Shown here: positions 41,819-54,891 of the stretch, piece by piece | Layout: every line of letters begins with the position of its first letter | How positions within the stretch are numbered: the first letter of the stretch is position 1 | DNA from: Eledone cirrhosa | Lineage: Eukaryota | Assembly: GCA_964016885.1 (NCBI GenBank) | Contig: OZ024740.1 | Location: 139,128,001 to 139,192,000 of the forward strand | DNA: 64,000 nucleotides | Direction of reading: 5' to 3' | Notes under the pieces: generated by a model | Seen by the model: only the letters and a program-made list of their open reading frames with translations | Databases searched by the model: none | Told to the model about the DNA's origin: nothing | Position numbers and translations under genes: made by a program

Positions 41819-43813
41819 ATGTATAAACCTCAATATTCAGAAATGAAGTGAATCCACGAAACAGAAGTACATCAACAACAAAATTTCATGGTCTATCCAA
41901 CCCTCAAAAAACGTTCCTGGAGATGGGAATTACGATTTTGATGTATCTTAATTTTTAGATTTTTAATATTTAAATATTTGATAGTAGATTGGTGGGGAGT
42001 ATATATAAATATAATTTTTATGTAGATAATTTGTCGGGTGTATTGGTGTTAATAAGGTTATGAACAAGAGGATTAATAATTGTTTCTACTTTTTGGCACA
42101 AGCAATTACCCAGTGTATTACTGGTACTTTATTTTATCGACCCCATAAGGATTAAAGGCAAAGTTAACAGCGGGATTTAATAATAATATCGAGATATGAT
42201 TCTGTTAAGATAAGTAATAATAAGATTTATTATTTTTCTTTATGTGTTTCATTGTTGTGTTTAATTATTATGTTATTTTTTTAATGGATAATATGATAAT
42301 ATCTTATTTATTTATTTAAGTATCTTTAATTGCTACATTGCGAGATTGCGATCTCTGCTCGGTTGAAGTACTTGAAATTAAAACCCGTAAGATCTTAATA
42401 AACTTCAGACGTGCTTGCATAGATCACTAAAAACCTACCTAGATTATTAAATTATCTAAATCTAATTAATTACACTTCTCCCTATTTACGTACCATAATA
42501 TGCCATCATAATAGATCGCCAAAGTAAAAAGTAATAACAATAAAAAAGTAATCAACCCTGCAAGGCTTTACTCTCGTTCGATGCAGCAGCTACAGGCTGG
42601 AAGCGGGCCCCGCGGCAGGCCTCGCACCAGATAGCTGGATGTCATCAAGAAAGATCTCCTAACTAACTTACTAACTCCTCACACACAAGGAATCACATAA
42701 AACAGCATTGAAACAACATATGCTTACGCCGATAATTCATAACATTTTTTACATCACTAAAATTCACAATAAAATTCAACCTTGTGCTGTAATATAACAA
42801 CCTATCGCAAGACAAAAAAAAAAAATAAAAGTTAATATGTCGCCAGTGGACAACATAAGTTCTGGACAATCGCAGCAATAAAAGAGGTGAAGCAAGCAAT
42901 GGCACTACTAAAGAGTTGCAGCTTCATTTTCGCAGAGACAAGACGTTACTAATGGCGTTCCCTGGAGCAACTGACAAGATGAAACATTTACCAAGGAACT
43001 TTGGTCCTCTTGGCAAGGGCTTAGCAACATCCTACCTAGATATATGCCTCAATGACGCCTAACATTCTACTGTAACATTTTATGGAGAAAAATAAACCTT
43101 TTTTATATTTCCTCGGTGTGCTTACCTATTTGATCCTTTCCTCACCATGAAACACTAAACACGCAGCCTTATAACCTAATCTTCATTAAGGATCCTTCTC
43201 GCAACCAAAAAACCATATTTTAAAGAATTTTCTGGTAAAGGCGGATGAATATTAACATCTGATTAAGTTATTTATTTGTCACACTACATTAACTGTATAT
43301 GAAACTGAACGACTAGTTAACTCACTTCGTTTCATGAAATAGACATTAAGCTTACTTTTCCATATTACCTATAAGAAAAATTAAAGATCGATATTTGAAA
43401 CCACTCCTTAACGTAAAGTAAATATAACACACTGCACAGAGTTGAATGCTGTCATTGTAAAAAACATGCCAACAATCTTCGAATGCTGATTGGTCAACTT
43501 CCATTAACATCACCTACCGGCTCACCATAAACGTTGATTGGTCAACTTCCACTAACATCACCACCGGCTCACAACCGAACGTCATTTTTCTTTAAAGTGC
43601 TGTAATTATATCATCTTCCAGCACAGTACGCTGTCATTTTGTGTGTTTATAATCACGTATAAATTCTGATGCAGGTATAAGCAATTAATGTCCGAATTAT
43701 TAAATAGATGAAATACGAAATATCAACCCATCAGTTATTATTCCACAACTTCTGCTCAATATATACGCACATATGCATATATCTAATTGAAATTTTAAAT
43801 GTTATGGTATTGT

Positions 43814-43870
<57 letters not shown>

Positions 43871-44524
43871 ACACATATATATATATATATATATATATGT
43901 GTAACTTTTATTTCCATTATACTTAATTTCAACAACACAGCTCGCCATTTTGATTCATATAAGCTTCCCTCTTTGCTGTGACCTGTCTTTTTTCTCTCCT
44001 CTTGCTGCTATCCTCTCTCTATCCCTCTTCTCTCTCCTTCTTCCTCTTACTTTCGCTCACTCCCTCTGCTATTCACCTCTCGGCTAGCCTCCCACTGTAA
44101 CTATCTCTTTCTCGCTCCCTCGCACTTTCACTCACTACCTCTCTGCTAGTTATCCTCTCTCCGCCCTAGCTCACTACCTCCATCGTCCAGCACTGTACGC
44201 AGTCTCTTTTCTCGCTAACATTGCTACGGTCAAGACGTGTCTTTTATCTCTGGTCAAAATTCGTCCGCTCTTACGTTCGTGACTTGATTTATGAGTTATT
44301 GACTTGATATTTTTCCTAATTTTCCTCTCTTTACGTTGCTTCACCCTTCGTATCTGTTTACATGACCCCCCCCCCTTTTTTTCTTTTATTCCAATAACTT
44401 ATGTTAGTTATTGTTTCGCCCTAGGCTGAGGTATATTGTCTCTAACGCGAAGAAATACCTATGATTCCTAGTAGACAACTGATAACGGATACTCCACTCG
44501 GATACGCCCGTAACTTTTATTTTC

Positions 44525-44647
<123 letters not shown>

Positions 44648-44910
44648 CAACTGAAGAAAGTTGGTTGATAAAAAATCTGTTGACTTATTCTGAAACAGAC
44701 GTGAAGCACTTTTTGTTCCTTAGGATTTTCCCGTAAGGTAACGTCCGGAGTTTTAGTATAATAAATAAGAGAGACGGTTTTATTCGTATATCTACATTTT
44801 ACTCATTATTTCGAAGATGTAAGGTAGTTATATAATAACCATCTTACACGTTCTCTTCAAACAAACGAGATGTAATTTTCCATTGGTATGCTACCAGTCC
44901 GACGTGTTAT

Positions 44911-44979
<69 letters not shown>

Positions 44980-44984
44980 ACTTT

Positions 44985-46650
44985 GATAGGTTTCGATCAA
45001 TATTGGCCCAGGCTATGGTCTAACTTAATAGCACCGCATGGCGAAGCCAATCTGACCATGATTCACCCCAAGGTCCTAATTTGAACACCGTGGTCCACTC
45101 TAGTAAAGAGTTATTGTTTTCGGAGACATATCCGGTTGTGGGGGGTTTATCCGGCGTTTCTTGAAGGAATTTGTCCAGGGATATTTTGAATTTTAAGGTA
45201 TCTGTTTCTGTTCTGGTGTGTTTTGTTATGATATTAAAGAGAACGTGACCAGTTGAAGTGAAATATTTGTGCCGTAATGTTGTTATGAGATGCGTGTTAG
45301 ACTCTTATAGTGGGCGGATTACACGGGGGCCGATCCTTGGATGGATTTTAAAGTTGATGTAGACATCATTTGGGCAATGTTGATATATTATTTTCCACAT
45401 CATACAAATGATGTAGCTCTCACGGTTGAAGAGAGTAGGTTTGAAGTTTTCTAGTTGACCCCAATAGTTAAGGCCTGTCAAGCTGTTTATTGTTTTGTAA
45501 TTGACCTCTGGAGTGCTTCAATTTTCATACTTTGTTTCGTGTGAGGAGACTACAGTGGACAACAGTATTTAAGGTGGAGCCGCGCAAAGGTAGAGAAGAG
45601 TAGGATGGTGGTGAGGATATCTCATAGTGTGGATATCTCACAGTGCGGATATCTCACAGTGCGGACATCTCACAGTGTGGATATCTCACAGTGTAGATAT
45701 CTCACAGTGTGGATATCTCACAGTGCGGATATCTCACAGTGCGGATATCTCACAGTGCGGATATCTCACAGTGCGGATATCTCGCAGTGCGGATATCTCA
45801 TAGTGTGGATATCTCACAGTGCGGATATCTCACAGTGTGGATATCTCACAGTGTGGATATCTCACAGTGTGGATATCTCACAGTGCGGATATCTCACAGT
45901 GCGGACATCTCACAGTGTGGATATCTCACAGTGTGGATATCTCACAGTGCGGATATCTCACAGTGTGGATATCTCACAGTGTGGATATCTCACAGTGCGG
46001 ATATCTCACAGTGCGGATATCTCACAGTGCGGATATCTCATAGTGTGGATATCTCACAGTGCGGATATCTCACAGTGTGGATATCTCACAGTGTGGATAT
46101 CTCACAGTGTGGATATCTCACAGTGCGGATATCTCACAGTGCGGCAATCTCACAGTGTGGATATCTCACAGTGTGGATATCTCACAGTGTTGATATCTCA
46201 CAGTGCGGATATCTCACAGTGCGGATATCTCACAGTGTGGATATCTCACAGTGCGGATATCTCAGAGTGTGGATATCTCACAGTGCGGATATCTCACAGT
46301 GCGGATATCTCACAGTGTGGATATCTCACAGTGTGGATATCTCACAGTGCGGATATCTCACAGTGTGGATATCTCACAGTGTGGATATCTCACAGTGCGG
46401 ATATCTCACAGTGCGGATATCTCAGAGTCTGGATATCTCACAGTGCGGATATCTCACATCCTACCGGATATGACAACTTTGTTGTTTATGGGAGTATTCC
46501 AGCTTAAGGTGCTATCAACAATTAAACCATGGTTTCTGGTGTTGTTAGGTGTCACAAAGGTTTCACCTGAGGGAAGAGAGTGTGTTAACCTCAGTGCATC
46601 CTCTTTTCCAGTGGATTAGTTCAAACTTATCTTCGTTTATTAGCATATTG
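44985..46650 (-). mobile_element. CR1-like LINE 3' fragment split by a minisatellite
   Basis: Minus-strand motifs NEDKFELIH (about 46620) and LFSTFARLHLKYCCPL...IEALQR...LNYWGQL (45460-45600). Confidence 0.65.
45615..46457. repeat. 16-bp minisatellite GGATATCTCACAGTG(C/T), about 52 units
   Basis: Direct reading; highly homogeneous. Confidence 0.97.
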
Positions 46651-46664
46651 TTCTTTTTCTACCC

Positions 46665-46786
<122 letters not shown>

Positions 46787-46798
46787 CATATATATATA

Positions 46799-47528
46799 CG
46801 ATGTTTATCAGAAAAGTAACAGAAATTAGTCTGCTGTGTGAGCTATGAGTGGGGTAGGGATTAGCGGGTTGCAGCCATTGTATGTTTTCTCACATGCTTA
46901 TGTTAACAGTAGTTCAATTTTAGGCCGTCGAGCGATGAGTACAGAACATCAAACCAATCTGAAATTTCTGGTCTGGTTGGAGAAAACTCTTTCAGAAGTC
47001 CTCGGTATACTGCAGCAAGTGTACGGAGAGGAGGCAATGTCACGCTCGTGTTTTGAAGTGGCACAAAAGGTTCAAAGAGGGACGCGAAGACATGTAAGAC
47101 GACCCCAGGCGATGAAGGCCTTCAACTAGTAGGACTGAGCCCAACGTTGATTGCAAGTAAGCTGGGTATGAATTTTTGGAAGATTATCACTGAAGATTTG
47201 AGCATGCGGAAGACCTGCGCGAAGATGGTGCTGAAGCTGCTAAATGACCACCAGAAGGAGCGCATGTAGATATGTCAGGACATCCCGAACTAGACATGCT
47301 GGGGAGAGTCATTACCAGTGATAAGTCAAGGGGACCCTTTTTCCGGACGACGGAGCTGCAGAGAATCCCGGGTTATTATTCCAGGAGTACATGGAGGCGT
47401 GACGGAGAAGTATGGAAAAATACGTTAGACTTTAGGGGAATTATTTCGAAGGAGAAAATTTGTAGTTTGTTGTTTGGATTTGAAATATATTTTGCGACCC
47501 AGTCGTGTTTCTTTTCTGACACACCGCG
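46799..47528 (+). mobile_element. Mariner (Tc1/mariner) relic, internally deleted
   Basis: TA-flanked imperfect TIRs (CGATGTTTATCAGAAAAG / CTTTTCTGACACACCGCG). Transposase remnants HQTNLKFLV.LEKTLSE...QVYGEEAMSRS, CAKMVLKLL, VITSDK. Confidence 0.8.
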
Positions 47529-47782
47529 TATATGCATATCTTCTGATAAAGGTTCAATAAAATCCAAAAATTGATTAAACATGTTTATCGTTTTTTCAAT
47601 TCACAGGGAAATTCGTATTTTCTGGCATGTTTATATGCCTAAAAATTAGATATATGTATATATTTATACACGCCGGTGCAGTCTCGATTACACATTCTGT
47701 ATTTATACAGATATCACTTTATCATACACATAGGATGCTAGCGCACCTCTTACTCTCCCCCCCTCTCTCTCTCTCTCTCTCT

Positions 47783-47841
<59 letters not shown>

Positions 47842-47946
47842 TATATATATACTCAATGTGATCTACCTAAAATAACTTGCTTTGTTGTCATTGTTAAACT
47901 AATATGTAATATATATATATATACATTCATTCATACATACATATAT

Positions 47947-48055
<109 letters not shown>

Positions 48056-48319
48056 TCACTTGAAAAAATATGTGAACGCGTAAGCCTTTTGTGACAAATG
48101 TATAGACACAGAACACGAAATCATACTTAACATATCTTTGAAAACAATTATATACAATGAGAATATTTGAATAGAGATGCGCTAATGTTATAACATAGAA
48201 ATAATATTAGTGATGCATAAAATTTTTATATATAGAATTGAATTGCTATGGAAATTCTTTCATATCGCCATCAACTATTTCAGCGGAAATAATGAAAACT
48301 ATATATTTGTATATATCAA

Positions 48320-48390
<71 letters not shown>

Positions 48391-48564
48391 GTGTGTGTGT
48401 GTGTGTGAGTATATGTGCGTGTGTGTGCGCGTTGTCAATATATATTGTGAAAGTACTTTAGAGACTATTGTTTGTTTGGTCAGATATAGAGATATTTTAA
48501 GAGGCGAGAAACAAACAGACTATATGAATGTATATATATATATGTATATATACCTCTATTCTTT

Positions 48565-48605
<41 letters not shown>

Positions 48606-48654
48606 AGAGAGAGAGAGATATATATATAAATAAATAGATAAATAGATAAATAGA

Positions 48655-51646
48655 TAGATAGATAAATTTCTCTATTTGCCACAAGGGCACACAAGAAAAG
48701 GGGACAAAACAAAGACACATGCCGGGGATTTTACATACAATCGTGTAAAAATATTGAAACAAATAAATTAAACAATCGAAATCCCCAAGAGACGGGAAGG
48801 GGTCACAAATGGGTTGTTTAATACCCCGTCGATAGAACAACCCTCAACTTCAGGAGCGTGCTGTAGAAATGCTCCCTTCTTCAATCTACAGGTTTATATA
48901 CAGAGAAGGCCCAATCACTCGGGCCATTTTTGTCACATTCACCCACCTTTCAGTAAATTTACTGGGATGCAGTGCCTCTCTCTCCACTCTGATTCTCCTT
49001 CTAAAGTGGTACCTAAAGAAGGGAATGAGTTGTTGTCCGGAGAGAAAGGCATCTGTCCGCAGTCCTCTCAATCTCGTCCACCATATAACCTCTGTCACCA
49101 TAGCCTATGTACAGAGGAAAACGGCCTTTCTTTCGTTTTTGAAAGAGGTTGGCGGTTTGATACTTACTATGGACTCGGCAGTCAACTGGATTTGTCCCAT
49201 ACGCGACAGTAGTTGTTCTGCGTAGTTCCACAGGTCGCTTACGCCCGGGCAGCGTGCAAGACGGTTTCAATGTCCTGCTCGCATTTTGGATACGCCCTCT
49301 TGGAAGGATCCCTGCTGGGGTGTCCGTGCCTGTAGATCTTGTCTAAAACTGGTAGAGCTCCTCGGTAGCACTGCCAGGCCAGGGACCTCTGGAAGTTGTC
49401 CATAGGTCCCGGGCGGAAAGTCCTACCAAACAGACTGGTAAGTTCGTCGTCTTCGACGCCCAGAGTCTCTCCGAGCACGTCGTCGCCCTTGTGACGTACT
49501 AACCCTCTATAGAATGTCGAAGTGGAGTCTCCACTGATTGCTGTGCCCGCTTGACAGAGGACTGTGACCGCCTGAGCGCATTCAATGTGCCAGGCGCCCA
49601 TCTTCTTCGGTCTCCGCTTGACCCAGGACTTCAGCTCCATCAGTGAGACAAGTTGCGGGAAGGCCTGTCTCACAAACGGTGCCCACACCGGTTGGTCGGG
49701 GAGGAATACCTGTAGATGCTGTAGCCGCAGCGCATGTTTGCGCATCATCAGCCACATCATTCCCAGCCCTCCGTTGTAAGGGTGCTAACAGCAGACGAAT
49801 CTCCTCACCAGTGGAGCCTGCTTCTTCCAAAGGAACTGGAGGAGCATGCGTTCCATCTTGGTAAGGTGTTCACAGGGGCAAGGCACGACGGTCAAGCGGT
49901 AATAGATGACGGACGCTATGAAAGTGTTCGCCACCTCAGCTAGACCTTTCAAGGATAGTTTGCACTCTGCCCACTTCTGGGTGAGCGCAAATACCTTGGC
50001 CGTGACCTCGTTCCAGTTTTTCACCACCTGGAGGTCCGGACCGAACCAGACCCCGAGGAATTTCACCGGTCTGTCCGTCCAGCGTCCGACGACGCTGTCG
50101 GACGGCATCGGTTTGCCTCTCCACCTTCCGAGTTGCAAACCGACAGACTTGTCCGGGTTAATTTTTGCTCCTGTGAGCCTTTCGTATTCTTGCAGTAAGT
50201 TGCCGATCGCCCCGATTTCCGAGGTTTCCTACACCATTACTGTTATATCGTCGGCATAAGCCGACGCCGCTTTCCGCAGTCCAGGTTCCAACGGGATGCC
50301 CTGCAGCAGATCCAATTTCCGCAGTAGTGGCTCTAGAGTCAGTACGTACAGAATGGAGGAGAGAGCGCTTCCCTGTCGGATGTAACGCGAGATTGCGAAC
50401 GGCTCCGATAGGTAGCCGTTCACCTTGACCATCGAGCAGATGTTTGTGTGCATTGTGGCGACCCAGCCCCCGAAGACGGGTCCGAAACCGGCCGCCTTGA
50501 GAACCGCTTCCAAGTATTGATGGTCGACCCTATCGAACGCCTCAGACTGATCTAAATTGAACAGAGCCCCACCGAAGCCGGGTTTACACCCCACCCTCTC
50601 TATGATGTATCGCATGGTCGGGATTGCACACGTTTGCGCTTTCCTTACCATGTTCTCGACGACAAGCGCCAACCTCGTTGCCAACACCATGGCCAAAATC
50701 TTTAACTCTGTATTGAGCAGAGTTATGGGCCTAAAGTTGCTTAGTTCGCCCCCCTTGTTCTCATCTTTCCTGATCAGCATTACTACGCCCTGCCTGCAGA
50801 ACTGGGAATTCTCCCGTTCTGCTGCCAATTGCAGTAGGCAGCTTTGAGGACGCCAGAGAACAAGTCCGGCACGCCTATATAAAACTCATAGGTAGACCAT
50901 CTAGATCAGGTGATTTGCGTTTCCCGCAGCAGCCCAGAGCATCCCGTATCTCAGTGGCTGTGATCGATCTTTCGCAGAACTCGGCGTCCATGCTCGAGAG
51001 ACGCTTTAGACCGTCGAGGTATGAACCAAAGTCCATTGCCCCGTTCGACGCACCGCCACTCTGCTTGAACAGTTGCGCAAAGTGCCGCTAAAAGGCTGCG
51101 CACATCCGCTTGGGGTCAAGTAGCACGCGTCCGTTTTGGTCTTTCAAAGACCGAATCGCGGACTTGTTGCCACTTTTCGCCTCTGCCACTCGGGCCCAGC
51201 TAACAGATTTTGCTCCCTCGTTTCCTAGAGCACGTGATTTACTTCTGACCACGCAACCTTCGTGTTTCGCGTCGAAGAACTGGTCCAGTGCCGTTCTCGT
51301 TGCTAGTACTCTAGCTGCGTTGCCACTCCTAAGCGCCTCCTCTACCTTGGCTACTAGTTCTGTTTCTGTTTTTCTTTTCTCTAAGGCTAATTCTCTGCTA
51401 AAGTCTATCGACTCGACTCTAATTGCTCTCTTGAGAGAGTACCACCATCTGTTGTTGACGATGGCTACCATCAACTGTTGCTTAACTAATCTACTTATCC
51501 GTTCACTGTAGGCTTTACGTGTCGGTAGCGACACGTTCAGCTTCCAGTATCCGGGTCCTTGTCTATGTATTCTATCACAGTTGACTATGCAGATGACTTG
51601 TTTGTGGTCCGAATAGGCAACCATTTGCATTTGTGGACAGCTTAAC

Positions 51647-51696
<50 letters not shown>

Positions 51697-54317
51697 ATAA
51701 AGAACCTGTCTAAATACGATCTAGATGTCCCGTTGAGGTTTGTCCACGTCCACTGTGGTGCAGTCGGGAAATATAGTCGATACCTATCGGCCAGTTGAAA
51801 TTTGCCGATTAAAGTTTTGAGGCTGTTGCACCCCCCCCCCCCTCTACTGGGACATGATCTTACATAGTCCCATCGTGCGTCTAGGATACTATTCCAGTAC
51901 CCCACTAAAAGCAAGGAGCGAGACGTTCCCAGAAAAGACTCTAGACGTTTAAAGAAGTCTGGCTGCGATTGCCCAGTCGGGCATAAACGGCCACCAGTAT
52001 GAAGGCTCCACCTCCAAGATTGTTCACGTCTACGTCTACCAGTCTACCCTCTGGGTCCAAGTGTACTTGCTGTATTTCGAGGTCCAGGTTTTTCATAAAT
52101 ATGACAGCCCCCCCCCCCCCACCTCCTGGCTGACAGAGAGATGTGTAGATCTCAAAGTCATTGAAGATGGGGGTTAGTTGCTGCCTGTTGTGGATCCTGG
52201 ATTCGGTGATGGCTATTACATCTATACCGTGTGACCTAAGGTTGTTTATAAGTTGGTCCTGTTTCCAGGGCATCCCTAGGCCACGCACATTCACACTTTC
52301 AACTCATAAATTAGCCATGTTGGTGGAGAAGAGTTGGCGAAAAGGACGAAAAGATGCACTTACCTTTTCGTTTCCTGGAGATCGGGTTGTTCAATTTCCA
52401 TTTGGGTGCTTGTGGGGGTGTTGAGTGGGGTGGGAAACATTTTAATAGGACACGGTTAATGGGCTTTTGACAGGGGTTGCCAACGTCCTGTGAAAATTGT
52501 TCTTTTAATTTCTGATAGGTTTCTATCGAAACCCTTATTAGTTTTAGGTGTGGTTGAGAGTCTGCCTTGACAAAAGTTTTTCCCTCAGTTTCTACTTTGG
52601 GGTCTCGGGAGATGACCTCCATTAGGTTTTTGTTATTTGTGTTAATGTATGTTAATTGTTGTTTGTTTTTTTTTGTGTTGTTTTGGTTTGTTGTTCATTT
52701 TGTAGTTTTCTTTTTATAGTGGGCATTTGTGTTTGGGGTGGTGTTGGTGTTTGTTTTGCTGGTAGCGAAAGGGGGTTAGTTGGTGGTGTTTGTTTTGTTG
52801 TGTTGGTGGTTGTGTGTTCGTTTTGGTGATTGTTGTTTTTGTTGCTTTGCGGTGTCTCTTTTTTTGTTTTTTTTTTAATTTCTGAGGCTCTCCTTCATCT
52901 TCACTTGGGGATGGAGAAGTAGCCTCATCTGACGATGAATCGTCATCAGGGGCGTGTGGGAGGGGTATGTTGTGTGGTGATGGTGTGTTTGTGTGTGTGA
53001 TTGTGGTAGTGTTGGATGGAGTTGGATGGCGTGGGACTGTGTTTTTCAGGGCAATTGTTTGTGTTTTTTCTGTTGTTTGTGTTTGAGCAGTTGTTTATTT
53101 TTGTGTGATGTTGTGGTTGTGGTTTTGGTGTTGGTGTTGGTAAAAGTACTTTTTTTTTGGGGGGGGGGGGGTCGTAAGAGGGGACAGAAGGCCTTTAAAT
53201 GAGATGTGGTTGCGCATTTAAAACAATGTGGCCTCTCTCCATCTGCCGAAATCTGTATATAGTTTGTATTGTCTACTGGCACCCTTTCTGGTATCTTGGA
53301 AATTCTGCCCGGTTTCATTTGGACCAAAATTTCCAAACTTGTGCCGTTCCAGGTGTTTCTTGTGGATTTTTGAATCGACAGCATTGTGTCTTCATCCTCC
53401 TCCAAGAACCCTGCCAGAATCCACCAGATGTTAATGTTGGGTGGTATATTGGTGATGTTTATTCGTTGTGTTCTTTATCCCATGTATGTAGGGAAAAAGG
53501 TGTGTGTGGCAGGGGTGACCGGGTTACTGAGTATTTTTTGCAAGAGCCTCACTTTTGAAAAGCACCGAAATGCTTCCATATAGTTTAGCCCTTTGTATGA
53601 ATTGTATGTGTGGCATTGCTTCTTTCAAGACGATTTCAATTTCGCCTTGAGTAAGGAAAGCCGGTTTTTTTGTGTGTGTGCGAAAAATCACAGTCCTTCG
53701 CATAGTGTCGGCTTTGACTTGTGGCGGAGAGGTTATTTTAAATCCCCCTTTTTCCTCGAAGGTAATATATTTTTTTCCTTCATTGATCATTTCCTTCGCA
53801 TTGGAAATATCAATATTTGTAAAAGTTCCTTTGCTTATTGTGGCAAAATATTTTTTATGGTTGCTGTTGTTGTTGTTGTCATTGTTGTCATTGTTGTCAT
53901 TGTTGTCGTTGTTGTTGTTGTTGTTTTTGTTGTTCTCAATTGCTTGATTTGTGGTTGTGGAGTTCATTTGTAAAGTTGTGTTTTTTTCTTGTTCAATATT
54001 TTTTTTGTGCCGTTTGTGTTTCCATACTTTTGCTTTCATGGGATTTTTCGTTCACTACCTGTTGTCATAGTGATTGGTATTCATTTCAACGCTCCGAATT
54101 TCCACTTATGGCGGGAAACGCTTCAATTTTATCATTCGTAATTATAAAAACAATTGCTTATAAATTTTCTGAACATTTCAATGACCCTCCCACTAACAAT
54201 TTAGTGGGAGGGTCAGTCTATACAGTAGTATATTTTTTTTGAAACAAACATTTTTGTTTTTTATAAGTAAAAAGACAAAAACTTACCAGCACGACTGGCA
54301 CACAGCTTCCTCTATCT
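48655..54317 (-). mobile_element. Tx1-clade LINE copy A, full length but degenerate
   Basis: Fragmented ORF1 (CFKCATTSHLKAFC knuckle) and ORF2 (NVRGLG APE, YSDH, GPGYWKLN, NFRPITLLN, YADD) with many frameshifts; (TATC)n tail. Confidence 0.92.
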
Positions 54318-54321
54318 CATA

Positions 54322-54629
54322 TAGATAGATATATTTCTTTATTAGCCACAAGGGCGCACAAGAAAAGGGGACAAAACAAAGACACATGCCGGGGATTTTA
54401 CATACAATCGTGTAAAAATAGGAAACAAACAAATATAACAATCGAAATCCCCAATAGGGGGATGCGTCACAAATGGGTTGTTTAATATCCGGTCGATAGT
54501 ACAACCCTCAAGTTCAGGAGCGTGTTGTGCAAGTGCTCCTTTCTTCCTTTTGCTCTCTTCTTCAACCTACAGGTTTATATACAGAGAAGGCCCAATCACT
54601 CGGGCCATTTTTGCCACATTCACCCACCT
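54322..54629 (-). mobile_element. Tx1-clade LINE 3' fragment (family of copy A)
   Basis: Near-identical to 48665-48947; ends AATAAAGAAATATATCTATCTAT. Confidence 0.92.
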
Positions 54630-54891
54630 GAGATATATAGATAGATAGATATATTTCTTTATTAGCCACAGGGGCACAACAGAAGGGGACAAATACAAAG
54701 GGGGAAGTTTACATACAATAAAAACGTGTAAAATGTTATCACAAATGGAATTTAAAAAGTTAGTCGATTTTCCCCAATAGAGGGAGACAGTTTATATGGG
54801 TAACACATACCCCCGAAAAAAATGTGCAACCCTCATCTCCAGGAGTACGAAGAGCTTGTACTCCTTTCCTCTCCTCCTCCTTTTCCTCAAC

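Noticed and set aside
43487-43572. Duplicated CCAAT-containing 40-mer as a promoter
   Set aside because: Short local tandem duplication with no associated gene evidence.
45605-46507. CRISPR array or 300-aa repeat protein
   Set aside because: Contiguous 16-bp units without unique spacers, in a eukaryotic context; the ORF arises from stop-free repeats.
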